IMG/VR virus record: IMGVR_UViG_3300028610_001024
Location: 1-64,000 of that record
DNA length: 64,000 nucleotides
Direction: 5' to 3' (one strand)
From: a virus
The notes beneath the pieces were generated by a model that made no database searches, was not told where the DNA came from, and worked only from the letters and a program-made list of their open reading frames with translations. Position 1 is the stretch's first letter. Each line of letters opens with the position of its first letter. This document shows, piece after piece, positions 50,287 to 61,633 of the stretch. The position numbers and the translations under genes were made by a program.

Positions 50287-53200
50287 GTGCCTAATGTAGC
50301 AGCAGATGGTTTTGAAACCCCGGTTAGACTGGGGTTTAAGCAGTTTGAGGGGGATTCTAGTAGAATCCTTAAAACTGTTGATAAGACTGTTAAAGGGTTG
50401 GATAGACTATCTAAACCTATAAAGGCTGATATTAGGCAGTTTTCGCAGGATATTAAAGGGGCGGTTGGTAAGGTAGAAAAGTTAGAAAAAGGTATTGATA
50501 AACTAGGTAAAGGTAGAACTAGAAAACCTTTAATATCAAAGACTGAGAGAGATAATCTAAAAGGTTTAAGTGATGGTATAGATAAAGTTGGCTTGAAGGC
50601 TAGTAATTTAGTTAGAAAGCAGAATTTAGTAAATAGCGTGATGCGGCAAACTGGGGTTTCGGCTCAAGTTGCTGGTCGCGCTGTTTCTGTTTATGCAGGG
50701 AATTTAGACCGGGCTGAGAAAGAAGCGGTACAGTTAGCTAGAGGATTAGGTAAAGCTAAAAATGAAACTAATAGATTAACTGAGGCACAGAAACGAGGGA
50801 ATAAAACTACAAGTAAGGGTAGTAATCAGTTATTAGAAATGGGTAAGCGGGCTGCTGGGTTAGCCTTAGCGTATGTCGGTGTTCGACAAGGTCTAGCCCA
50901 GATAGGTCAATCTACTGATGTATTTTTACAATTAGAGGACAACTTACTAGGCACTCAGGCGGTTACCAATTCAACGTCTGAGGAAATGAAAGGGTTATCT
51001 GATCAGACTAGAGAGTTAGGTAGAAGTACAAGGTTTACAGCGATTGAGGTAGCGAAAACTCAGCAGATACTGAGTAGAGCTGGATTTAGTATGCGGGAAA
51101 CGGTTGGAGCGTTACCGTCATTATTAAATTTTGCATCAGCTGCACAATTGGATTTAAACAGTGCTACTAGTATTGGTGCTGATATACTACGGAGTTTTAA
51201 TAGGGATGTTAGGGAGTTAGAGAATGTATTAGATATATTGGCGTTTGCGGCGAATAGGGCGAATACTGATGTACGGTTACTAAGTCAAGGCGCAAAGTTT
51301 GCGGCGCCAGTGTTTCAGGCTACAGGTCAAGGAGTGGATGTTATGTCCGCTGCTTTGGCTACTTTAGCTGATAGAGGGTTAAAAGGTGAACTAGGAGGCA
51401 CTGGTCTACGAATATCTATCCGTAGTTTGATTGCCCCCACAAAAATAGCTACTGAAACACTAAAGAAGATGGGGATCAATCTTGAGGATGTTGATTTCCA
51501 AGGGGAGAACCTAATAGATGTTATAAATCTATTAGCTGAGAAGAATTTGGGCGCTGCTGAGTCGTTTAGAATATTCAGTGCTCGTGGTGGTACGTCAATG
51601 CTAGCGTTGACTGCTGGGGTAGATAAGTTTAACGAGATATATACTGAAATGGGTGAAGGTGTTGACGGTACTACTAAACGCATGTCTGAGACGATAGAGA
51701 GTGGACTTGGCGGTAGTACTAGACGATTAGTTTCAGCTGTTGAAAGTGCAAGGATAGCGTTTAGTGAAGGCTATGTACCGGCATTGATGGAGAGTCAAAA
51801 GCGGACGATTGAGTTATTAAATACAAGTGAGGATACTTTAATTAGTTTAGGTAAATTAGCTGGTGGGGTGTTGAATATTACGTCGGCTTGGTTGAACTTT
51901 ATTACGGGGACGTCGTTGGTTAAGGGATTGTCTAGTAATATAGATGAGATTACAGCTTCTACTGTTAAAATGCAAGAGCAGTGGGGGTTGACAAGTAAGG
52001 CTATAGCTGGGGGGGCGGAGACTATAGATGAAAGATTAAAGGTTGTTCATGAGCAGTTAAAGAGAAATATAGCTCAGGCTAAGTTGTTTAGTAGTCAAAC
52101 CCCAGAACAAAAACGTAGACTTGGTGATAAACCTTTAGAGGCACAAAGGCAGATATTTGCACTTAGAACTGAAATAGAAGCCTTAGAGGCTGCGCAAGAC
52201 GGAGCCAATATAGCTGCTATTGAAGCTGCCGAGATAGCAGATGAGCAAGCTAAAGCGTTTGCCCGGGAAGAAAAAGAAGCTAAGTCGGTTGCACTTGGAG
52301 TCGAAGCTGTATCTAAAGCTAAACAGGATGCGAAGGTAATTACACGGGGGTTAAGATCTGAGATAGAGAAGCTAGAGATTAAGTTAGGTAAAGCAAAGAA
52401 TGCCTTAGATTTAGGGGTGTTGAGTTTAGGTAGCTATAATAAAGAAGTTGAAAGACTTAATGGGCTAATACATGATATTGAGGTGGATAAGTTAGCTCAA
52501 GAGATTGAAGGGCTAAAAGGGTTATTGGAGTTGACTCGACCAGAAATGGTTATTGAGGCTAAAGTTGAAACTAAGGAGATTGATGCACTAGAGAAGCGAC
52601 TGGATAAAGAATTAACATTAAGAATTGTTACCTCTATAGGGACGCCGGGGATACCAGATTTAGATAGCGGTTCAGGTGAACCTTTAGATATCTTTAACCC
52701 TGCTGATGACATTGAGGGTATTAAACAATTTGGTAAAGAGTATAAAAATCAACTAACCAAGGCACAGAAAATAACTGAGAAATTTGAAGGACAATGGGGG
52801 AATGTAGCCGATGCTATATTTCTTGCTGGAGATGCTATCTCTAGTATGGACAGCGGGTTAGGAGGTTTACTTAAATCTGTTAGTAGTTTAATACCGGCGT
52901 TCGAGAATTTAGCTAAGGCTAGAGCTAGCGGAGATCAGGTAGCTATAAATAACGCAAACGCTCAGTTGGCGGATGCAGTACTAGGTGCTGTGGGGACTGC
53001 TGCTGGGGGTGCGTTAGCTGGTGGTGGTACTTCTTCTTTTGGTGGAGAAAAAAGTGGTACTTTTTCTGAGGAAGGAGCCTCTATAGGAGGAATATTTGGA
53101 GGTACGGGGGCTTTTGTTGGCGCAGTTTTAGGGGCGTTCTTTAAGAAAGCTGGCGATACAATGGTGTTGCAATTCTCTCAGGGGCTAGATAATATAGAGT

Positions 53201-56200
53201 CGAGGGTTCAAGCTAGTGAGGGTTTAGAGGAGATTGCTGGATTCATTGCAGATCAGTTTGCTGGATTGTTTAATACTCTAGAGGATGAGTTAGGTCTAAC
53301 TGTATTTGAGGGGTTACAGGGTCTGGAGATAACTATAGAGAATGAATTGGCTACTGTTAGAATAGGAGGGGCTGTAAAAGGATTTAGAGGAATCGATAGT
53401 TTATCACAAGCTATGGCATTTGCAGCTGAAAGATTACTTAGTATGAATGAAAATGCGGAGGGGCTAGGGGATAATGTACGACAGGTATTTGAGAGAATAG
53501 GTGGACCATCAGAAGTAGGAGATTTTGAAGAACTAAGTGGGGCATTAAATCTAGCTATTGCAATGGATCGTCTAAATGATGGTCTTGATATTACACGCTC
53601 TACCACTGAGCTGTTTTTTGATAATCTACAAGATAAGACAGAGGAAAATCTTGAATTACAAGGAAAATTTAATTTAGTAGCTGAAGATGTTCTAGCACTT
53701 ACAGATAGAGCAATAGAACAGAAACGTAAAGAGTTAGGATTAGGTAGGGATACTCTATTTGGGGCTAGTAATATTGCTCAAGGATTCGCTGACTTAGCTA
53801 GAGAAATGGAGGGATTCAATACTGGAATAGATAAAGAATTGAAATTTAGAGAAAATCTTACATCTAATAGGGAAGGCTATATAGAAGGAGTAATAGAGGA
53901 AACAGTAGCTATAGAGAGGTTATCAGAAGGTATATCTAATATTTCTGGTGCTACTACTGAGGCAGCAGATGCAGTAGACCAGGCGATGTCAGATATTGTA
54001 CGTCAGGGTTTCAAAGATAGACTAGAAACGATATCTGAGGGTCGTGGCGATTTATCTATAGATAGTAAAGTAGATAGTATGGAAGCTGGGTTTGATAAGA
54101 CTATCGAGGCTTTACAGGATGCTTTAAGACTAGATGTAGCTAGAGATCAGGCTGAGGCGTTGGGTTTAAGTTTAGAAGAGATACCAGAGAAATTCAGTGC
54201 TGAAGATATTGCAGATGTTTTCCGTAAAGGAGCAGCTCAGGCAGGGACTTCTCTTATTACATTATTGCAACAAGTTAAAGGAGAACAATTTGGTATTGCT
54301 AAATTACAAGAAGCTGCTGCTATTGAGTATAAACTACAATTAGCAGCTCAGATAAGAGAAACACAACGTTTTCTTGAAATAGCAGACGATGCTAGTAAAA
54401 GCTTCTTGAGAGGTATTCTAAATGAGGCTAACTCATTACTTGGTGATCTAGAGTCTGGTGAGGTAAAGTTTACATCTCAAAAGCCAGGTAGGGGTAAAGG
54501 TAAGCAAAGACGAGAAGAAGCACGACGGGAAGCTGAAAAGGCTGCTGAACAATTAGAAGAATTTAATTTAAATTTAAGTCAGTTGACCTTAAATGCATCT
54601 ACTGCTAGTGGTACCCTGGGTGATCTATCGTCTAGATTACTTGATATTGTTACAATTGGCCAAGAAGCGTTAGATATAGGTGCTTCAGCTGAGGATGTTC
54701 GACGGCAACAAGGGTTATCAATAAGAGGAGAACGACAAGAATTATTGAGTCCCTTTAGAGAAGCTGCCGGGAGTAATTTCCTAACTGAGTCAGTGGATAT
54801 TGAACAGCAGCGCCAAGACGCTCTAGAGAAGGCTAAACTTATAGCGCAGACTCAGGCAGATTTATTAGGTGTTCCGTTTGAAGTAGCTTTTGCATCTATG
54901 GAGCTGGTGATAAACCGCGGCTCGAAACAGATGCAGAATGCCTTAACTAGGGCAATGGTTTCAAGTTTAGGTTTACCTCTAGAAAAAGTTAGAGATGGAC
55001 TTAAAGCTTTTAGATTAAGGATGAAGGATTTACATCTTGCATTTAAAACTGGGGCTATTAGTGAACGTAGATACCTAGATTTATTACAGCAGATACAGAC
55101 TCAACAGGATCAAGCTGTTGGTAGTGAGGCTTTAGGATTAGCTGATAAATATTATAAAGGAGTTATTGATGGGGAGGAGTTGCGACGTACCTTAGCAATA
55201 GCTAATTTTGATCTGGAATTATCACAAGCTGAGCTGAGATTTAATAGATTACTACTTGAAGGAGCTTTAAGCCAAGAAATTATTGAGAGTGTAAGTGGAA
55301 TGCTACAATTTATGAGAGATAACCCCCCCGATTGGGATGCGTTTTTTACTGGTGGTCCAAGTGATAAGTTAGGTGTAGGGAGTAGAATTAGTAGTACAGG
55401 TCCTACCGCTGTTACAATAGTAGAGGATAATTTTAAATCACTAATAGACTCTATAAATGGATTCTTAAGTCAATTCGATAGAGTAGACATAGGTAGATTT
55501 GAGACCCAAGCGAAAGACTGGATTGATGCTATTGGTGGTTTTAATCAAGATATTGATGCTGCTCTTACTGATAATACGGCTCTAATAAGTAGCCTAGGGG
55601 TTTTATCTAATTCTGTATTTGGCATTTCTGATATAACTCAGTTGACAAGTGAACAGTTAGATGAACTTTCTGCACTATTTCCTACTTTATCGCCTTTAGC
55701 ACATGAGCTAATAGCGCTAATTAGGTTAGAACAAGAACTTGATGCTATCTCTGGTCAGGCCTCGGGTAAGATATTAGATCTATACGAAGGTACCTTAGAG
55801 GTTACAAATCAGTTAGCACAAGAATATCAGAATATCAATAATGAATTTGCTGATGTTATAGCAGCACTAGATATTCTTGGTGGTACAGCTGAGGAACTTG
55901 CCCGTGCTGAGGAAATAAGGTTAGAAAGAATCGCCGCCTTTTGGGAACTTACTTTAAGTGGAGTTAGAGGGTTAAGTGAGGAATTACGCGGTGGTAGTCT
56001 CGGTGGGATATCTGCACGTAGGCGTGTTGATGTAGCTGAGGATAGAGTTGATGAATTACGAGCTAGATTAGAAGTGGATCCATTGGATTTTGAAGCGTTA
56101 GGTGAAATAGAGCAAGCTGTTAGAGATTTTATTGATGTACAGAGAGAATTTACAGGTGGAGCTGGGGCTGAGTTTGGATTAACCATTCAAGAGATGTTGG

Positions 56201-56484
56201 CATTCTTAGATACTATTCAACCACCAGATTTAACTAATGAACCTCCGTTAGCATCTCCAGATGTAACATTGAGAATGGATGTACAGACGGTAGAGCTGCA
56301 AAGTGTCAATGAGAAGTTGGTAGAGCAGAATTTGCATATGTTGGAAATGTTGCAGTTGAATAGAGATCGGATAACAGTGACGCAGATTCAACATGATGCA
56401 GAGATAGAAAATCAGAGTGCAATAGGTGGAGCTACTATTGAAGCTATCGAAGGGTTAGATAGTGTAACAAGTCCACCAAGTTAG
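50287..56484 (+). CDS. Tail tape measure protein (TP901-type core)
   Basis: 2065 aa; ELGRSTRFTAIEVA..LSRAGFS..ANRANTDV..GLKGELGGTGLR. Confidence 0.95.
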   Translation: MPNVAADGFETPVRLGFKQFEGDSSRILKTVDKTVKGLDRLSKPIKADIRQFSQDIKGAVGKVEKLEKGIDKLGKGRTRKPLISKTERDNLKGLSDGIDKVGLKASNLVRKQNLVNSVMRQTGVSAQVAGRAVSVYAGNLDRAEKEAVQLARGLGKAKNETNRLTEAQKRGNKTTSKGSNQLLEMGKRAAGLALAYVGVRQGLAQIGQSTDVFLQLEDNLLGTQAVTNSTSEEMKGLSDQTRELGRSTRFTAIEVAKTQQILSRAGFSMRETVGALPSLLNFASAAQLDLNSATSIGADILRSFNRDVRELENVLDILAFAANRANTDVRLLSQGAKFAAPVFQATGQGVDVMSAALATLADRGLKGELGGTGLRISIRSLIAPTKIATETLKKMGINLEDVDFQGENLIDVINLLAEKNLGAAESFRIFSARGGTSMLALTAGVDKFNEIYTEMGEGVDGTTKRMSETIESGLGGSTRRLVSAVESARIAFSEGYVPALMESQKRTIELLNTSEDTLISLGKLAGGVLNITSAWLNFITGTSLVKGLSSNIDEITASTVKMQEQWGLTSKAIAGGAETIDERLKVVHEQLKRNIAQAKLFSSQTPEQKRRLGDKPLEAQRQIFALRTEIEALEAAQDGANIAAIEAAEIADEQAKAFAREEKEAKSVALGVEAVSKAKQDAKVITRGLRSEIEKLEIKLGKAKNALDLGVLSLGSYNKEVERLNGLIHDIEVDKLAQEIEGLKGLLELTRPEMVIEAKVETKEIDALEKRLDKELTLRIVTSIGTPGIPDLDSGSGEPLDIFNPADDIEGIKQFGKEYKNQLTKAQKITEKFEGQWGNVADAIFLAGDAISSMDSGLGGLLKSVSSLIPAFENLAKARASGDQVAINNANAQLADAVLGAVGTAAGGALAGGGTSSFGGEKSGTFSEEGASIGGIFGGTGAFVGAVLGAFFKKAGDTMVLQFSQGLDNIESRVQASEGLEEIAGFIADQFAGLFNTLEDELGLTVFEGLQGLEITIENELATVRIGGAVKGFRGIDSLSQAMAFAAERLLSMNENAEGLGDNVRQVFERIGGPSEVGDFEELSGALNLAIAMDRLNDGLDITRSTTELFFDNLQDKTEENLELQGKFNLVAEDVLALTDRAIEQKRKELGLGRDTLFGASNIAQGFADLAREMEGFNTGIDKELKFRENLTSNREGYIEGVIEETVAIERLSEGISNISGATTEAADAVDQAMSDIVRQGFKDRLETISEGRGDLSIDSKVDSMEAGFDKTIEALQDALRLDVARDQAEALGLSLEEIPEKFSAEDIADVFRKGAAQAGTSLITLLQQVKGEQFGIAKLQEAAAIEYKLQLAAQIRETQRFLEIADDASKSFLRGILNEANSLLGDLESGEVKFTSQKPGRGKGKQRREEARREAEKAAEQLEEFNLNLSQLTLNASTASGTLGDLSSRLLDIVTIGQEALDIGASAEDVRRQQGLSIRGERQELLSPFREAAGSNFLTESVDIEQQRQDALEKAKLIAQTQADLLGVPFEVAFASMELVINRGSKQMQNALTRAMVSSLGLPLEKVRDGLKAFRLRMKDLHLAFKTGAISERRYLDLLQQIQTQQDQAVGSEALGLADKYYKGVIDGEELRRTLAIANFDLELSQAELRFNRLLLEGALSQEIIESVSGMLQFMRDNPPDWDAFFTGGPSDKLGVGSRISSTGPTAVTIVEDNFKSLIDSINGFLSQFDRVDIGRFETQAKDWIDAIGGFNQDIDAALTDNTALISSLGVLSNSVFGISDITQLTSEQLDELSALFPTLSPLAHELIALIRLEQELDAISGQASGKILDLYEGTLEVTNQLAQEYQNINNEFADVIAALDILGGTAEELARAEEIRLERIAAFWELTLSGVRGLSEELRGGSLGGISARRRVDVAEDRVDELRARLEVDPLDFEALGEIEQAVRDFIDVQREFTGGAGAEFGLTIQEMLAFLDTIQPPDLTNEPPLASPDVTLRMDVQTVELQSVNEKLVEQNLHMLEMLQLNRDRITVTQIQHDAEIENQSAIGGATIEAIEGLDSVTSPPS

Positions 56485-56523
56485 GTAATGTGGGGTTATA
56501 GGGTAGTAGCATGATATTGGGGG

Positions 56524-56872
56524 TTGACATGGTTGGAACTAAGTGGTAAAATACTTAAATTAGATTTAACTTTTTTTACTTGGAGTTTTAGTGATGGAAA
56601 GAAAATCAAGATTCGATCCTACACATACACCTATACACAGTTGGTTTGGATTATCTTATGTATCTTTTCTAACCCTTCCTAGAGTGTTAATGGAGAATAT
56701 GCCACAGGAATGGCAAGTAAAAATGAGTGAATTACTAAAGGAATATGAAGATGAATTCCCTGGTATAGAATCAGAAATTGATGAACAAATTAGTTAAAAT
56801 TCCTGAACGAATAGTGAATTATCGCAGACCTGATACAGATTGGATAGAATCGATGAGGAAAACTGAAATATA
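56524..56872 (+). pseudogene. Moron with its own sigma-70 promoter; gene appears truncated/frameshifted
   Basis: TTGACA-17 bp-TAAAAT at 56524-56552; IHSWFGLSY..LPR..MP.EWQ ORF stops at 56797, with NYRRP tail in another frame. Confidence 0.55.
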
Positions 56873-59359
56873 ATGTTACTCTACATCCTATGGGACATGG
56901 TCCTACAAGGTCCATCACCGGGTAATATATTACGGTTCTCCAATCGTAAGTATGTAGACGTGTCCGCTAGTGTTGGGCTATATGGTAAATCTTATAGAGC
57001 ATCGTGGACCGATAAATCCTTCGATACTCTACAGATCAACATGATGAAATATAAAGTAGAAGGCGGGAAGGATAAAGATGGAAGTCATATTACATCTACA
57101 GGCGGTATGAATCCACGTAGAATTACGTCTATTGAGGTTGTGAATACTAGACTAGGTGAAGGACAGGATAGAGAATTAGATTATCTATTTGAAGTTGGAG
57201 GGGCTTATACTTTACGTGGTACTGTAACTGGACGAATGGCTTTCGGTCCTGATACTGGAATACAACCAGATATAGGAGACTTTGAAACCTTTTTTACTGG
57301 TGTAGTAAATACTAATCCTGGTAGGGATCTAGGTAAGAATACTGTAACGTGGTTTATGGAAAGTAGACTACAAGGTGAGACTAAGGGACCACTATTAACT
57401 GAGCGGTTTAATGGGATGGCTAGGTTTTATGAGATGGCCTTTAAAGAGTTATCCATTGCTCCTCCGGTGTTTATCTTAGGTGATTTTACAGTACAGATGT
57501 ACGTATCGTTTAGTGATGATGATGGATCGATTTTCCGTGTTGAAGATAGTGGTACTGTAATGTTTGAGATATTCTTTGATGATGCAACTAATACACTAAG
57601 AATAGGGGTGGACGATCGTACTGATGTATATACAATAGCTGTAGTTAATATAGTTACTTTAACAGACTTTCTTTTTGTTACTGTCGCGTGGGATAAAACT
57701 GGAGGAGTATTTAATGCCTGGATTGATAGTGTGAAAGAATTAGATGACGAGCCAATAGTAACTGATATATTAGGTACCGCTAGTGATCTAACTTTAAGTG
57801 ATACATCATATAGTAGGATTAGATTTTCTACAGTTAGAGTCTGGGATTATGTTAGAACTCAACCTGAAGTGCTACGTACCCTAGGTGTAATAGATCTATC
57901 TGATGAAACAGATATGCTTATAGATTGGGAATTTGATGAGGGCCGTGGGGATACAATAGTAGATCACAGTGGAAATAGTAATCATATAGTAATTCCAGCT
58001 AGTACAGGCGAATGGAAAAGTATTGATCATGGTGAAGCATTTCAAGAGGGTGAAATTAAACCTTTAGCTTTAGGAGATATATTTAGTGCTCCTGTAAAGG
58101 AGATAGATACCCGATTAGATAAAGGTATGGTGTCGTTGGTGTTACATTCGATAAATAGAGTATACTCACAAGGTATGCCATTAGTGTTTGAGACGTTACC
58201 TATATCTGCACAGTTTACATTCAATCATCTGTCAAAAACGGTTAAATACTCCTCAGCATTGGCTACCCCTGTATTTGGGGATACTTATATAATAAATCAG
58301 CAAGTGGAAATAGTTGCTAGTACGAATTTTGATGGAATTATCACTTTAGTTCTATCTACTCCTAACCCTGAAAGGGGTCTTAGGCCCGCTGGGTTAGATT
58401 ATCTTTTCGAACTACAGTTTGTAGATCCAGGTTGGACAGTTTCAGGTACTGAAGCCGCAATATTTACAACGATAGTTGGACAGGCTAATTGGGAGACTAC
58501 TACGGGACCTTTTGATATTCCTAACTTAATACAGTTTAATAGTGATCCTATAGGGCCACTGTTTGCTAATGTGATAGGTGATCCAGCTATTCTTGCTACG
58601 AGTCCTCCTAGTCCTGGCTTTGTACCACCAGGGGATATTTCAAATTTACTTGCACAAATGATGAAACTATATGGACCAAAATGGAATGACACGATATTTC
58701 CTCTTCCTGTATATGGGAATATTGATTTTAGAGTGGGATACTATGTAGATACACTAGAAACTACTGAGAAGGCTGTAAATAAAGTATCTGAAGGGTGCCT
58801 GGTGTGGACTACTGAAAGTGGGGAAGGTACTATTGGGCTACAACAATTTAAGTTTCCTGAGGACCTTTCTGGTGCTGAAGTTATTCATGAGTCTGAAGTA
58901 ATCAAAGTAGAGCAGCCTCATTTTAAAGATCATGGATTAAATAGATTAACTTCGTTAGATGTGCGGCATTCAAAATCATGGGTTACAATGGAGGATAGTT
59001 CTATCCCTGCCGCAGTGGATCCTGATACTAGAGCCTTTATTACAAAACAGTGGCGTACTATAGCAGTCGGGGAAGTTAATCAGATAGATGTAATAACTCC
59101 AACTTTTAATACGTATGTTAATAGTAGACTGCCGGCTGGTAATATAGGTGAGGATGTTCTTCGATTGTCACAAGGTACCGTCCACTTTATAACCTTTAGA
59201 TTAGATGCAATGAGTCAACTATCTTCATTCCAACAAGGTACTCTTGTCAATGCTGATTTACCCAAGTACAACCTACCTAATTTAGTCGGTGTAAGCTTTG
59301 GTCCGATATTATTTCCTACAATAGGTCAAATTACAGTAGCAGTCTGGAGTGAACAATGA
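56873..59359 (+). CDS. Tail tip/hub protein with LamG-like domain
   Basis: DFTVQMYV..FVTVAWD..VRVWDYVRT..WEFDEGRGDTIVDHSGNSNH; KPLALG. Confidence 0.75.
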   Translation: MLLYILWDMVLQGPSPGNILRFSNRKYVDVSASVGLYGKSYRASWTDKSFDTLQINMMKYKVEGGKDKDGSHITSTGGMNPRRITSIEVVNTRLGEGQDRELDYLFEVGGAYTLRGTVTGRMAFGPDTGIQPDIGDFETFFTGVVNTNPGRDLGKNTVTWFMESRLQGETKGPLLTERFNGMARFYEMAFKELSIAPPVFILGDFTVQMYVSFSDDDGSIFRVEDSGTVMFEIFFDDATNTLRIGVDDRTDVYTIAVVNIVTLTDFLFVTVAWDKTGGVFNAWIDSVKELDDEPIVTDILGTASDLTLSDTSYSRIRFSTVRVWDYVRTQPEVLRTLGVIDLSDETDMLIDWEFDEGRGDTIVDHSGNSNHIVIPASTGEWKSIDHGEAFQEGEIKPLALGDIFSAPVKEIDTRLDKGMVSLVLHSINRVYSQGMPLVFETLPISAQFTFNHLSKTVKYSSALATPVFGDTYIINQQVEIVASTNFDGIITLVLSTPNPERGLRPAGLDYLFELQFVDPGWTVSGTEAAIFTTIVGQANWETTTGPFDIPNLIQFNSDPIGPLFANVIGDPAILATSPPSPGFVPPGDISNLLAQMMKLYGPKWNDTIFPLPVYGNIDFRVGYYVDTLETTEKAVNKVSEGCLVWTTESGEGTIGLQQFKFPEDLSGAEVIHESEVIKVEQPHFKDHGLNRLTSLDVRHSKSWVTMEDSSIPAAVDPDTRAFITKQWRTIAVGEVNQIDVITPTFNTYVNSRLPAGNIGEDVLRLSQGTVHFITFRLDAMSQLSSFQQGTLVNADLPKYNLPNLVGVSFGPILFPTIGQITVAVWSEQ

Positions 59360-60231
59360 CGCCTTATATAGGTTATAGTAATCAAGTAGAATTGGCTACT
59401 GTTATAGCCGATGATGGAAGTGATTTTTCCTTTGTGACTAGTCGCCCAGTTGAGGTTGTTGGGGTAATGGACGCTGCACTTACATCATTAGAGATAATTA
59501 CCCACTGGGGTGGGGATATAAAGGTTATGTCATCTGTTGCTGTGTATGGGCATAATGTTACTACGGCAGTAGTACCTGCGGTAAGTCCCACTGTACAAGT
59601 AAGATTTTACGATAATGAGGTGCCCTTATCTGGTATACTGCTTGCCGATAGTGGAACACAATCCCTGACTGAAAATTATCTGCACACATCATCACTAGGA
59701 ATATCTAATCAACCTAGACAGTTTCTGTATACATTTACAAAGAATGAGGCTGGTAGACTGGTACCTGAAGTATTCTCGGCTAAAAGTATTCGTTGGAACT
59801 TCACATTTGGAGCTGCATTTATATTAGAAATAGGCTCTTTATGGGGAGTTAAAACCATAGCTTTAAGTCCAATTGCTGAATTAGGTAAAGAGTCTGGACT
59901 AAATACTATAGTATTTTCGAAAGTTATTAGAACTCAGAAAGCTGGAGTGGTCTCTCAGGACGATACCAATATTGGACTTGTAGAGTTAGGGTTTCCGGTA
60001 TTATCCGGTAATGATAAAGAAACACTAACTGATTTATCTAAACGAGTAGGAGATTCTAATCCGTTCTTTTTACATAAATATCCTGGGTTAAGTCAACAGT
60101 TGAATAGAAATGATGAAGGTGGAATTGTAAGGTTTATACCTAAAGGAGTAAAGATTAACCATTTAGGCAAGGAAAATGGTGGGGATGATTTGTATGAAAT
60201 GTCTAATGTTGCATTAACCTCCTGGAGGTAA
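59356..60231 (+). CDS. Tail tip/distal tail protein
   Basis: Synteny; SSVAVYGHN, LEIGSLW patterns. Confidence 0.55.
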   Translation: MTPYIGYSNQVELATVIADDGSDFSFVTSRPVEVVGVMDAALTSLEIITHWGGDIKVMSSVAVYGHNVTTAVVPAVSPTVQVRFYDNEVPLSGILLADSGTQSLTENYLHTSSLGISNQPRQFLYTFTKNEAGRLVPEVFSAKSIRWNFTFGAAFILEIGSLWGVKTIALSPIAELGKESGLNTIVFSKVIRTQKAGVVSQDDTNIGLVELGFPVLSGNDKETLTDLSKRVGDSNPFFLHKYPGLSQQLNRNDEGGIVRFIPKGVKINHLGKENGGDDLYEMSNVALTSWR

Positions 60232-60233
60232 AG

Positions 60234-60710
60234 GTGTCTAGCTTTAGTCCTAATAATCCTTCAGTAGTCCCTCCAGTTAAATCTTCAACTGTAGATGCTG
60301 TAGAGATAAATTTATTTAACTCCAAGATTGTAACCTTTAACGTAGATGGATCTATTGAGATTGATGGTGTATTTGTTGAGAGAATAGTTCAAGTACAAAG
60401 CTTTGTAAAAGGACAATTTGTTACGATAGGTTCTCCATGGATTTTAAGTCTACAGACATCATCTACAGGCCAAGCTGATGGAATTGTTATAGATAGTAAT
60501 GGGTTGGAATTTTTTGTATGCATGATAGATGGGAGTGTAATAGATTTACCTAGTCATGGAAAAGGCTCAGTTGGGGTTACTTTATGGGGTAGCGGTTCAG
60601 GTAATACTACAACTTCTAGACCAAATAGCGGTAACGTCTTTCAACGAGTTGCTAGAGTTAAAACTGTTGATGAAATAGTACTCAAAATTGAACACCCAGT
60701 AACCTTTTAG
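60234..60710 (+). CDS. Minor virion protein
   Basis: Beta-rich, TTSRP..QRVA motif. Confidence 0.5.
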   Translation: MSSFSPNNPSVVPPVKSSTVDAVEINLFNSKIVTFNVDGSIEIDGVFVERIVQVQSFVKGQFVTIGSPWILSLQTSSTGQADGIVIDSNGLEFFVCMIDGSVIDLPSHGKGSVGVTLWGSGSGNTTTSRPNSGNVFQRVARVKTVDEIVLKIEHPVTF

Positions 60711-60718
60711 GGGGGCGT

Positions 60719-61612
60719 ATGAAAAGAGTAACTTGGACAACTATAGTAATCTATTTTTTCGCTGTAGGGTTACGGGGGCAGAATATTTCTGTACCTGGAG
60801 CGAATATGCCTGTGTGTAACGTAACAAATCACGCTAAAACTATAACTATAGAGGATCCGGACTCTTATGAGGATTGTAATACTGGGGGAGGTACAGGATT
60901 TCCACCCCATGACTGTACATGTTACTGGGATGGTGCTACAGGAGTGTGGCTACTCCATACTCATAGTTCTATTGATAATGACCTTGTGATTAACGAATCG
61001 GGTGCCGCAGTGGATTTTCGTATTGAGGGGGATACCAAACCCAATTTATTCGTGACAGATGGAAGCGCGGATGAAATTGGTATTGGAACGGCAGACCCTG
61101 ACGGAACTTTACACGTCATGCAGGCGTCAGCAGGGACCGTGACCGCGGGAAGCGCGGGGAACACTGCTGTATTTGAAGCTGCTGGAAATAATGGAATCTC
61201 TATTCTGGTCCCCGACGCCAATAGGGCCAATGTGAACCTGGGTACCGAATCCGATAACGTTGGCGCCTTTCTCCAATGGGATTTCACCGCTGACTTGTTT
61301 AGCATTACGACGGCTAATGTCGGTGCAGAGATCGTGCTGAAGACCGCTAATCAGGTTGGGGCTGTATGGATCGATTCTGATCAGCGTGTAGGCATAAACG
61401 ATAGCTTACCTGCAAGTCGCTTTCATGTCACTCTTGACAGCGATGAGGCTGTGTGTATCGAGACCTCAAGTGGAACCTGTTGCAATTATGGGGAACTGAC
61501 TAGTCCTCCTAGCTCTCCTAATGATTGTGATGAGTATACAGACACTAGCGGAGCTAAGTGCTTTCGCTTATCAGGTGCGTGGACGGTCGTTGGATCGGGT
61601 ACATGTGCCTAA
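60719..61612 (+). CDS. Tail-fibre-like protein with N-terminal signal peptide
   Basis: IGIGTADPDGTLHV and RVGINDSLPASRFHV fibre repeats; hydrophobic N-terminus. Confidence 0.7.
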   Translation: MKRVTWTTIVIYFFAVGLRGQNISVPGANMPVCNVTNHAKTITIEDPDSYEDCNTGGGTGFPPHDCTCYWDGATGVWLLHTHSSIDNDLVINESGAAVDFRIEGDTKPNLFVTDGSADEIGIGTADPDGTLHVMQASAGTVTAGSAGNTAVFEAAGNNGISILVPDANRANVNLGTESDNVGAFLQWDFTADLFSITTANVGAEIVLKTANQVGAVWIDSDQRVGINDSLPASRFHVTLDSDEAVCIETSSGTCCNYGELTSPPSSPNDCDEYTDTSGAKCFRLSGAWTVVGSGTCA

Positions 61613-61633
61613 ACTTACTGAGGAACTAAAATC

